Below are positions 56,554 to 64,000 of a stretch of 64,000 bases of DNA, piece by piece. Within the stretch, counting starts at the first letter, position 1, and every line of letters begins with the position of its first letter. The translations under genes and the position numbers were made by a program. The notes beneath the pieces are model-generated. The model searched no databases. It was not told where the DNA came from and saw only the letters and a list, made by a program, of their open reading frames with translations. Source of the DNA: Desulfosudaceae bacterium (lineage in GTDB: Bacteria; Desulfobacterota; Desulfobacteria; Desulfobacterales; Desulfosudaceae); the NCBI GenBank assembly GCA_963674745.2, contig CAXXDV010000003.1:224001-288000 (forward strand). The letters are read 5' to 3'.

Positions 56554-58491
56554 TTATTCTACGGGGGCCTTGGGTTTTTCAATAATGGGTGCGGTCTCCG
56601 GCGGTGACGCTTTTTTGACGGCGTCGTACAGCGGCACGCAGACATTCAGGCACTCACCGCATTTGATGCATTTTTCCTGGTCAATACCTTTTTTGCGGTT
56701 GCTGGTGGTGAAAATGGCTTCTGTCGGGCAACAGCCCACACAGGCGTCGCAGCCGCGGGCGCACTTGTCCAGATCAATATAATAGGCGATTAACTCCCGG
56801 CACATCAGGGCCGGGCAGACACCGTCTCTGATATGGGCTTCATATTCGTCCCGGAAATATTTGAGCGAGGTGAGCACGGGGTTGGGGGCGGTTCTGCCCA
56901 GGCCGCACAGGGAGCCCTTCTTGACAGCCAGGGCCAGCTTTTCCATCTGTTCCAGGGTATCTTCCTGCCCATGTCCTTTGGTGATCTGGTCCAGTGTTTC
57001 CAGCAGGTGCCTGGTGCCGATGCGGCAGAAGGTGCATTTGCCGCATGATTCATTCTGGGTAAAATCCAGAAAGTAACGGGCCACGTTGACCATGCAGGTA
57101 TCATCGTTCATGATCACCATGCCGCCGGAACCCATCATAGCGCCGGCTTCGATCAGGGAATCAAAATCAATGGGCGTGTCCAGAAAGGACTCGGGCAGGC
57201 AGCCGCCGGAAGGGCCGCCGATCTGGACGGCCTTGAAGTTTTTCTTGTCCGGTATGCCGCCGCAGATGTCAAAGATCAGTGACCGCAGGGATTCTCCCAT
57301 GGGGATTTCCACCAGGCCGGGATAAAGGACATGGCCGACAATGGAAAAAATAGCCGTTCCCGGGCTTTTTTCCGTGCCGATGGTCTGGAACCAGTCCGCC
57401 CCGTTGTCAATGATGGGGGCGATATTGGCCAGGGTTTTGACATTATCGATCAGCGTGGGGTAGCCGTGTAGTCCCTGTACCACGGGAAAGGGCGGCCGGT
57501 GACGGGGCATGCCCCGGTATCCTTCCAGGGACTCGATCAGCGAGGTCTCTTCGCCGCAGACAAAGGCGCCGGATCCCTGGAAAATTTCCATATCAAAGGA
57601 AAAATCACTGCCCAGGATATTGTCGCCCAGCAGGTTGCGTTCCCGGGCCTGCTTCAATGCCCGGTCAATCAGCTTGACCGCCAGGGGATACTCGGCCCGG
57701 ACATAGAAAATACCCCTGTCGGCACCGATGGCCCTGGCACAGATGGCCATGCCTTCCACTATCTGGTGGGGGTTGCTTTCCAGGATGGTCCGGTCCATGT
57801 AAGCGCCGGGATCGCCTTCATCGGCATTGCAGATGATGACTTTATGGTCCGATTTCTGCTCGGCGGCGATTTCCAGTTTGATGCCGGTGGGAAATCCGGC
57901 CCCGCCCCGGCCCCTGAGACCGGATTCGCCGATCGTTTCGATAATGGCATCCGGCTTCATTTCCAGGGCTTTGCCCAGGGATGTGTATCCGCCATGGGCG
58001 ATATACTCATCGATTTCGGCCGGATTGATGGTGCCGCATTTATCCATGATAATGCGTTTTTCCATGTTAAACCGGGGGTACAGCATGACCGACGGCAGGG
58101 TGTCATTTTCTTCCATGGCCCCGTAAATATGCTCCAGCAGGGGGTCATGATTTTTAAGAAAGTTTTTGACCAGCATGATGGCCTTGCCTTCGTTGACCTG
58201 CTGGTACATGATCGGCGGAAAGCCGGATTCCGGAACATCGATGATGACCAGGGGTTCGGCATAGCAGTGGCCATGGCAGCCGATGGGATGAATGACGGCC
58301 TCGATACCCTCCTTTTCAAGCTGGGTTTCAAAGGCGGTTTTGGTTTCCTGGGCGCCGGCGGCCAGGCCGCAGGTGGCCATGCCGATATGAATTTTTGGTG
58401 TCGTGGATTCGGAAAACGCCCGCCATTTCTGATCGGCGGTTTCCTTCAGGGCCCGTAATTTTTCCTGTATCTGGTCGCTATTCTGCGTCAT
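56554..58491 (-). CDS. NuoF/HoxF/HydB-like NADH-binding flavoprotein subunit
   Basis: SGLRGRGGAGFPTG, CNADEGDPGAYMDR, GAFVCGEETSL, GGPSGG, ESCGKCTFCRIG; N-terminal thioredoxin-like Fe-S domain and C-terminal 2x[4Fe-4S]. Confidence 0.93.
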   Translation of the reverse strand: MTQNSDQIQEKLRALKETADQKWRAFSESTTPKIHIGMATCGLAAGAQETKTAFETQLEKEGIEAVIHPIGCHGHCYAEPLVIIDVPESGFPPIMYQQVNEGKAIMLVKNFLKNHDPLLEHIYGAMEENDTLPSVMLYPRFNMEKRIIMDKCGTINPAEIDEYIAHGGYTSLGKALEMKPDAIIETIGESGLRGRGGAGFPTGIKLEIAAEQKSDHKVIICNADEGDPGAYMDRTILESNPHQIVEGMAICARAIGADRGIFYVRAEYPLAVKLIDRALKQARERNLLGDNILGSDFSFDMEIFQGSGAFVCGEETSLIESLEGYRGMPRHRPPFPVVQGLHGYPTLIDNVKTLANIAPIIDNGADWFQTIGTEKSPGTAIFSIVGHVLYPGLVEIPMGESLRSLIFDICGGIPDKKNFKAVQIGGPSGGCLPESFLDTPIDFDSLIEAGAMMGSGGMVIMNDDTCMVNVARYFLDFTQNESCGKCTFCRIGTRHLLETLDQITKGHGQEDTLEQMEKLALAVKKGSLCGLGRTAPNPVLTSLKYFRDEYEAHIRDGVCPALMCRELIAYYIDLDKCARGCDACVGCCPTEAIFTTSNRKKGIDQEKCIKCGECLNVCVPLYDAVKKASPPETAPIIEKPKAPVE

Positions 58492-59005
58492 TTTGTTGAT
58501 CTGCTTTGGCTTTCTTTTTGGCGATGTCTATCTGGGTGAACAGGCCTTCAATTTTACTGGGGGTCATGTAGGCATGGACCTTTTCATTCACCAGGGCCAC
58601 CGGCGCCAGGGCGCAGCAGCCCACACAGGCCACCCGTTCCAGGCTGAATTCCCGGTCTTCCGTGGTCTGGCCCTCGGTAATGTCCAGCTTGCGTTCAAAG
58701 TTTTCCAGGATAATATCAGCACCGCGGACATGGCAGGCGGTGCCCATACAGACCTTGACCTGGTGTTTGCCCGGGGGGTTGAATCGGAACTGGTTGTAAA
58801 ATGAAGCCACCCCGACAACTTCACCGGTGGGAATATTTAAATGACCGGCCACCAGGTCCAGGGCCTCAACCGGCAGATATCCCAGCTCTTTCTGGGATTT
58901 TTGTAAAAGGGGAATCAGTGAACTCCTGTCCCGGGAATATGTTTCCAGAGCCAGACGGATGGTTTCGATTTTTTGTTTTTCTTCAGCGGTTATGTGGGTC
59001 AGCAT
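58478..59005 (-). CDS. NuoE/HoxE/HydC-like [2Fe-2S] subunit
   Basis: LIPLLQ..Q...GYLP, GVASFY, VCMGTACHVRG, VACVGCCALAP; start estimated. Confidence 0.92.
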   Translation of the reverse strand: MLTHITAEEKQKIETIRLALETYSRDRSSLIPLLQKSQKELGYLPVEALDLVAGHLNIPTGEVVGVASFYNQFRFNPPGKHQVKVCMGTACHVRGADIILENFERKLDITEGQTTEDREFSLERVACVGCCALAPVALVNEKVHAYMTPSKIEGLFTQIDIAKKKAKADQQNDAE

Positions 59006-59295
59006 GACAAATCCAGACAACAAAGATTCAAAATCAAAATTCAAACCAACAATATAATTCCCAACCAGGATTTTTTTCAAGTCTTTTTTTGGGACATTGC
59101 TCAATTCGTCTTTCAAATGTGGGCTTTCAGACAGCAGAAATTTGTCACTTTTCTTGTGATTTTTTCTTGACATCACGACTATACACTAACTATATAGATT
59201 ACAGGTGCACATTTCCGGTTCAAGGATGGACCGTTTGTGACAGAAAACAACCGATTTAAAGCCAGGACAGGGAGGTCGATCATGAAAATGCTTAC

Positions 59296-59326
59296 AGCCG
59301 TTCGAATTTTCCCGAACGGCTTTTTT
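59296..59326 (+). terminator. Terminator-like hairpin between divergent operons
   Basis: agccgttcg-aattttcc-cgaacggct followed by a T run. Confidence 0.5.
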
Positions 59327-59445
59327 GTTTTCCCCTTTTTCAAAACACCGGTTGAAGTTTCTATTTCCAGTTTCAGCGGATTTTTGGCGAAAAAATCCTG
59401 TTGCGGGGATTCGCTGCCGGACACTTTCAAAAACGGGCGGATGCC

Positions 59446-59928
59446 ATGAAAGACAATCGTGGCGTAACCCTGGTGGAAATGTTGACGGCCCTTGCGATCC
59501 TGGCAATCCTTTCCGCTGCCGGCGGTGTCGGCCTTCTACGCGGTATGCCCGAACGGCGGATGATGAGTGCCGCCAGGGACCTTTATTGCGACCTGCGAAA
59601 GGCCCAGTCCCGGGCGATTGCCGCGGGCGAGACGGTCACCGTCAATTTCAGCCTGGAAAAAAATATCCTGTCTCTGGTTGATGCCGGTGGCCAAACCGTC
59701 TCAGAAACCCGGTTGCCGGGTTTTATCGATCTTTGTGAAATCAAGGGCGACCGGGACGATGACCGGCGGTTTTATTTCAATTCCCGGGGCATCAAAACCG
59801 GCGTGTCCGGTTCGGTCTGGATCCGGTATCACAAGCCGGGGTATGACTGGCGGCAGGTCCTGGTCAGATCGAGCGGTTCGATGGCTATCAGGCGGTCAAG
59901 TGATAGCGGTAAAACCTGGGAGTATTGA
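59446..59928 (+). CDS. FimT/FimU (GspH-like) minor pilin
   Basis: Prepilin site G|VTLVEML; DLRKAQSRA; FNSRG. Confidence 0.88.
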   Translation: MKDNRGVTLVEMLTALAILAILSAAGGVGLLRGMPERRMMSAARDLYCDLRKAQSRAIAAGETVTVNFSLEKNILSLVDAGGQTVSETRLPGFIDLCEIKGDRDDDRRFYFNSRGIKTGVSGSVWIRYHKPGYDWRQVLVRSSGSMAIRRSSDSGKTWEY

Positions 59929-59929
59929 C

Positions 59930-60769
59930 ATGACGGTAAATAAAAACAACGGATTTTCTTTTTCCAGTGGCTTGACGCTCGTCGAAATCATTGTCGCCAT
60001 GGCGGTTTTTTCAATTGCCATGACAGTGATCATCAGGACATTTGTAAGCCAGCAGAATACGCTGGCTCATATCGATCATCGTTCGCAGATGAATATTAAC
60101 GCCCGTAATGCCATGCATATCCTTGAAAGTCATATCCAGATGATGGGGTTTTGCCCCGGAAGCGGGCTGGACAGTGCGGATGCCATGGATTTTTCGCAGG
60201 GCTGCCTGGCCGAGGGCGGGCAGATGGTTTTTTGCAGAAAAAACCCCGAACCCGGCAAACACCATGAAACGCAGACGATCAGCATTAATTTATATAAAGC
60301 CCATGATAAAGAGGGCTGCGGAGCTGACGGTCTGGCCGACAGTAAGGTAGGGGCCACCGGGTTGATCGTTCAGGGTGTCAGGGCGGCTGATGATATTGTG
60401 GCCATCCGCTTTGCCTATGCTTTTGATGATGATGGTGACGGCTGCCTGGATCTGTCGGCGGCTGATCATATTGTCTGGGCGGTGGACACGGACCAGGACG
60501 GCCGTCTGGATACCGCCCTGGATACGGATGATGACGGTGATGTGGACAGGGATGACAGCATCGGCGGTATTGATTTGGGTGATAAAATCCGCATCGGCCG
60601 TATCAGGGCGGTCAAGGCCTGGCTGCTGGTTCGGTCGCCATCTCCTTTGAAGGGCGCCAAGGACCAGCGGGAATTCGTGGTCGGTGACCGGCGCTGCAAA
60701 GTGGACGATTATTACGGACATGTGCTGCTGACGACGACGGTGCGCTGCAGGAATATGAATGACGGATGA
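59930..60769 (+). CDS. pilW: PilW-family minor pilin
   Basis: G|LTLVEIIVAM; QMNINARNAM; IRAVKAWLLVRS; TTTVRCRN; DxDxDG motifs. Confidence 0.85.
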   Translation: MTVNKNNGFSFSSGLTLVEIIVAMAVFSIAMTVIIRTFVSQQNTLAHIDHRSQMNINARNAMHILESHIQMMGFCPGSGLDSADAMDFSQGCLAEGGQMVFCRKNPEPGKHHETQTISINLYKAHDKEGCGADGLADSKVGATGLIVQGVRAADDIVAIRFAYAFDDDGDGCLDLSAADHIVWAVDTDQDGRLDTALDTDDDGDVDRDDSIGGIDLGDKIRIGRIRAVKAWLLVRSPSPLKGAKDQREFVVGDRRCKVDDYYGHVLLTTTVRCRNMNDG

Positions 60770-60868
60770 TGGGTTTTAGGTTCAAGGTTCAAGGTTCAAG
60801 GATTCGGGGTGGTTATGGAGATGTTCGCAAATATTGTAGGGGCACGGCGTGCCGTGCCCTTTTGTCAT
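60770..60868 (+). repeat. Composite GGTTCAA array plus REP
   Basis: ggttcaa x3 then gttcgcaaatattgtaggggcacggcgtgccgtgcccttttgtca, matching 45090-45170 on the minus strand. Confidence 0.82.
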
Positions 60869-60902
60869 GGTTATGCGTTTAAAGGCAAAGGAGGGGGAAA
60901 AA

Positions 60903-61307
60903 ATGTTTCAAAATAAAAAAGAAGCGCAGGCGGGTTTTTCCATGATTGAGGTGCTGATTGCGCTGAGTATTTTTGCCATCGGGTTTATGGCCATCACGTC
61001 GAGTGTGATTGCCGGTTCAAACGCCGGCCGTACGACCGCCATGGCTGATCAGGCTGTTTTCTGGGGGCAGCAGATTACGGAAAATTTGGCCGGGATACCG
61101 CTGGATGCGCCGGACCTGGATGGGGGCGGTCCGCTGACCATTGTGCGGGAAAACCAGAAGGCGGAAATCACCGTTTTTGACGCGGTTGATACAGATGGCA
61201 ACGGAAAAGACGACTATAAGTCCATCGGCCTGAAGGTGTGGGTTAAAAAAGGCGATGCCTATGCCCTGCGCATGGAGAATTATTACCGGCGATCTGTCAG
61301 GGATTAA
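60903..61307 (+). CDS. pilV: PilV-family minor pilin
   Basis: GGAGG RBS; G|FSMIEVLIALSIFAIG. Confidence 0.85.
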   Translation: MFQNKKEAQAGFSMIEVLIALSIFAIGFMAITSSVIAGSNAGRTTAMADQAVFWGQQITENLAGIPLDAPDLDGGGPLTIVRENQKAEITVFDAVDTDGNGKDDYKSIGLKVWVKKGDAYALRMENYYRRSVRD

Positions 61308-61326
61308 TTTTTTTAAGGAGGTAGAT

Positions 61327-61878
61327 ATGAATACAGCAGTGAATGACAGGCCGGGGCAGGCGGGTACGATTATCGTTGTTACGCTTCTGGTCCTGGCGGC
61401 TTTAACGGTATCGTCACTGATGGCGGTTAATATGGCCGTCAGTGACGGTACTGTCATGAGAAACAGCAGGACCTACCGCTGTGACCTGTATCGGGCGGAA
61501 ACCGGCATTACGGTCGCCAAAGCGGCTCATACCGATTCCTGGCTGGCGTCGGATTCAATTCTGTTTGATTTGTCCGAGGGCAGTGCCGGTGTTACCGAGG
61601 AGGGCTTTTCCATTTCCGGGCTGGACGGCAATGACCTGCCGGCCATGGGGCGTTACGTGATCGCGCGTATTGAAACCGTGCCTGCCGCCGGGTCCCTGTC
61701 GGAAAAATTTTACCCTTTGAGCCACATGGCACCGATGCCCTCGGGATCCGGTTACAGTGCCATGAATTTTGAAATCCGGCGTTATGGCATCCTTTCAACC
61801 GGGTCTTCAAAAAAAGACAGACCCGATACCGGCGTCACGGTGGAGGCCGGGTTGTACAAGGTCTTTAACCGCTTTTGA
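61327..61878 (+). CDS. pilX: PilX-family minor pilin
   Basis: AGGAGG RBS; G|TIIVVTLLVL lacking Glu5; ..RN...LYRAETGI. Confidence 0.82.
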   Translation: MNTAVNDRPGQAGTIIVVTLLVLAALTVSSLMAVNMAVSDGTVMRNSRTYRCDLYRAETGITVAKAAHTDSWLASDSILFDLSEGSAGVTEEGFSISGLDGNDLPAMGRYVIARIETVPAAGSLSEKFYPLSHMAPMPSGSGYSAMNFEIRRYGILSTGSSKKDRPDTGVTVEAGLYKVFNRF

Positions 61879-62001
61879 TGGCGAAGCCACAAGCTCAATC
61901 TCTTCGTTGCGCTGCGTTTTTCGGATTTTCACGTACCTGTAAGTACGCTGCAATCCTCAAAACTTGCGCGCCTTGACCTTGAGCTTGTGGCTTGGCCATC
62001 A
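61876..62001. mobile_element. MITE family A copy 3 (divergent)
   Basis: TIR tgatggcgaagccacaagctcaa / ttgagcttgtggcttggccatca; core cgttgcgctgc..gtacgctgca..tgcgcgcc shared with copies 1 and 2. Confidence 0.75.
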
Positions 62002-62069
62002 CATAAGCGATTTTTTCAACCGGATATTTTCTATTGTTGTTATAGGGCATTTTTGAAGGGGGGATAATC

Positions 62070-64000
62070 ATGATACGTTTAAAACCGTTAATTACTGTTG
62101 GTCTGGCGGCCGTGTTGATGATGAGTATTTGTGCCCCGGCGGTTGCCGACGACAATGATATTTTCGGCTTTTCCTCGACCTATGTCGAGCCGAACATTTT
62201 GATCCTGTTTGACAATTCCGGCAGCATGAACACAACGGCGGTCAAGGATTGTCGCCAGGAATGCCTCAGACAGCGTTGTGATGAATGGGGAGAATGCGAA
62301 GCCTGGGAAGAACAGTGTTATCAGCGGCGTATCGGGGGCAGGTGGGTTGAAATCTGCCAGGATGTCTGTGTCAGTCGGCCCTGCAACCAGTGGGTGTGCT
62401 CGGAATGGGAGACCGTATGCGAGGAAAAGACCCGGATGACGGTGGCCCAGGAAACGGTCAAAGATATCATTGATCGTTATGGAGACACGAATCGTTTTGG
62501 CATCATGATTTTTCATGACAATACCAGTGATACCAGTAATGGCGGATATTTTGCCGAATTTAAGGGAAAATACCCGGTCTGCGAAGTCAAGGACAGGTTT
62601 ATCCGTGATGATGCGGGCGACTTGAAAACCGGCGCTGCCTATGAACAGGCGATTGTTGATTATAAAGCCTATTTGAAAAGCTTTGTGGATACATTGACGC
62701 CGCGCACGTACACGCCCCTGGCCGAGACCCTGGCTGAAGCCGGACTGTATTTTGCCGAAAAGCCTTCCTGGTTTAATGCCGAAACCGGCACCTATCCCGT
62801 AAGCGGCCGGTATCCCGATGCTGTTGTGGATGCCTATAACCCGGACCAGACCCACCCGCCCATCGAACACCGCTGTCGGAAAAATTATATTATTCTCATG
62901 ACCGACGGTGAACCGACCCGTGATGACGCGCCGGTATTAAAAGGAAAGTACATCAATGACGATTTTATCGCAGGCGGGAAGCTGCCGGCACTGGATGATG
63001 TGGCCGGTTATCTGCACGATAATGATATCAATGTCAACTTTGATACCCCGGATTTTTCTCAGAATATTATGGTCTATGCCATTGGTTTTCAGGGTGGCGA
63101 CACGGCCCTGCTTCAGGACACCGCCGATCGGGGAACCGGTGCCGGAAACAACAAGAACGTGGATGACGGAGGGCTTTATTTTAATGCCACCAGCCCGGAA
63201 GACCTGGATCGGGCTTTTGAAACGATCATGTTTAATATCAGCGAGCGCCGGACGCTTTTTGCCGCTCCGGTTGTTCCGGTCAGTCACAGCAGTAAAGCCT
63301 ATGCCGGTGACAATGTGTACATGGCCTTATTCCAACCATCGGCCGAGGGACAATGGATCGGCAATCTGAAAAAATACAGCTTGAATCAAAACAATGCATT
63401 TTCTTCATGTAATACCCAGGTGCCCATTCTGGACGAGGCGGGTCAGATTAAAGACAGTGCCCGGTCCTGCTGGTCGGATACCTCTGATGGATATGCCGTG
63501 GACAAGGGCGGGGCAGGGGGAAAACTGTCGGAAAAGCCGGACCGGACACGACGGGTTTATGCCAACATCAGCCTTTTCCCGGACCTGACCCTGGGAATCA
63601 ACGCTTTTTCAAAAGAGAATACCGAACTCAGTGCCGATGATTTCAATGTCCCGGATAAAGCAGTGTTGATCGACCGGGTGCGCAGGGTAAATGATAGCTG
63701 GCGACTGGGTGATTTTAATCATTCACGCCCCGCAGTGGCCGTTTATGACGGGCCCTCAACTTATATTTTTGCCGGTGCCAACGACGGTATGCTGCATTGC
63801 TTTGATGATGCCGATGGCGATGAGGCCTGGGCGTTTATACCGGCGGAACAGTTCGGTCGCTTAAAAGAACTCTCAGCCAGCGAGCATAAATACTTTATGG
63901 ACGGCTCTCCCGCGATTGCCGACACGGAAAAAGGACCTAGAATCCTCGTCTGCGGTGAACGGCGGGGCGGCAATCACTATTATGCCCTTGATATTTCCGA
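62070..64000 (+). CDS. pilY1: PilY1/PilC pilus tip adhesin, runs off the window (absent from the ORF track)
   Basis: Own translation from ATG 62070: signal peptide, vWA PNILILFDNSGSM, TPLAETL, IILMTDGEP, WIGNLKKY, LGDFNHSRP, AGANDGMLHCF, EAWAFIP, YFMDGSP, GERRGG. Confidence 0.92.
   Translation, partial: MIRLKPLITVGLAAVLMMSICAPAVADDNDIFGFSSTYVEPNILILFDNSGSMNTTAVKDCRQECLRQRCDEWGECEAWEEQCYQRRIGGRWVEICQDVCVSRPCNQWVCSEWETVCEEKTRMTVAQETVKDIIDRYGDTNRFGIMIFHDNTSDTSNGGYFAEFKGKYPVCEVKDRFIRDDAGDLKTGAAYEQAIVDYKAYLKSFVDTLTPRTYTPLAETLAEAGLYFAEKPSWFNAETGTYPVSGRYPDAVVDAYNPDQTHPPIEHRCRKNYIILMTDGEPTRDDAPVLKGKYINDDFIAGGKLPALDDVAGYLHDNDINVNFDTPDFSQNIMVYAIGFQGGDTALLQDTADRGTGAGNNKNVDDGGLYFNATSPEDLDRAFETIMFNISERRTLFAAPVVPVSHSSKAYAGDNVYMALFQPSAEGQWIGNLKKYSLNQNNAFSSCNTQVPILDEAGQIKDSARSCWSDTSDGYAVDKGGAGGKLSEKPDRTRRVYANISLFPDLTLGINAFSKENTELSADDFNVPDKAVLIDRVRRVNDSWRLGDFNHSRPAVAVYDGPSTYIFAGANDGMLHCFDDADGDEAWAFIPAEQFGRLKELSASEHKYFMDGSPAIADTEKGPRILVCGERRGGNHYYALDIS

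Noticed and set aside
55908..59005. Respiratory complex I or a hydrogenase
   Set aside because: No membrane Nuo subunits and no NiFe or FeFe catalytic subunit in the operon
59567..59929. N-terminal extensions in tracked ORFs (59567, 58478..59176, 15228, 20421, 61255)
   Set aside because: They overlap other genes or precede clear RBS/prepilin starts; shorter starts were used

Overview
64-kb chromosomal segment, by gene content most likely from an anaerobic Desulfobacterota (Desulfobacterales-like) bacterium (inference). Left to right: (1) tail of a sigma54 activator and a TonB-dependent receptor. (2) A cell-surface cluster: tandem CAP-domain protein, a probably highly expressed Cys-rich exported protein, a secreted hypothetical protein, and a GP42/TGase_elicitor-like transglutaminase-fold protein carrying four copies of the beta-domain found at the end of the Cys-rich protein. 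(3) A convergent pair: a lipoprotein and a UGA-recoded (selenocysteine) UshA-like protein that the ORF track truncates. (4) A ~25-kb ABC-exported glycan locus with four sulfotransferase domains, three methyltransferase domains, AlgI/AlgJ O-acetylation, UDP-sulfoquinovose synthase and its own Sat-CysC. (5) An AMIN protein and a dapB-glpK-porCDAB-glpABC run in which glpA is frameshifted. (6) MurU-AmgK fusion, plsB-like gene, cobalamin riboswitch-cobT, a stand-alone NuoEFG/HoxEFU-like module, and a minor pilin fimT-pilW-pilV-pilX-pilY1 cluster. Intergenic DNA is rich in GTAG-type REPs, three MITE families and polar 7-8-mer microsatellites. No tRNA, rRNA, CRISPR or intact transposase was seen. Best candidate for an undescribed system: a transglutaminase/disulfide-crosslinked, possibly sulfoglycosylated surface layer (3.4-36 kb) with an adjacent exported selenoprotein. 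All family assignments are from motif recognition by eye, not database searches.
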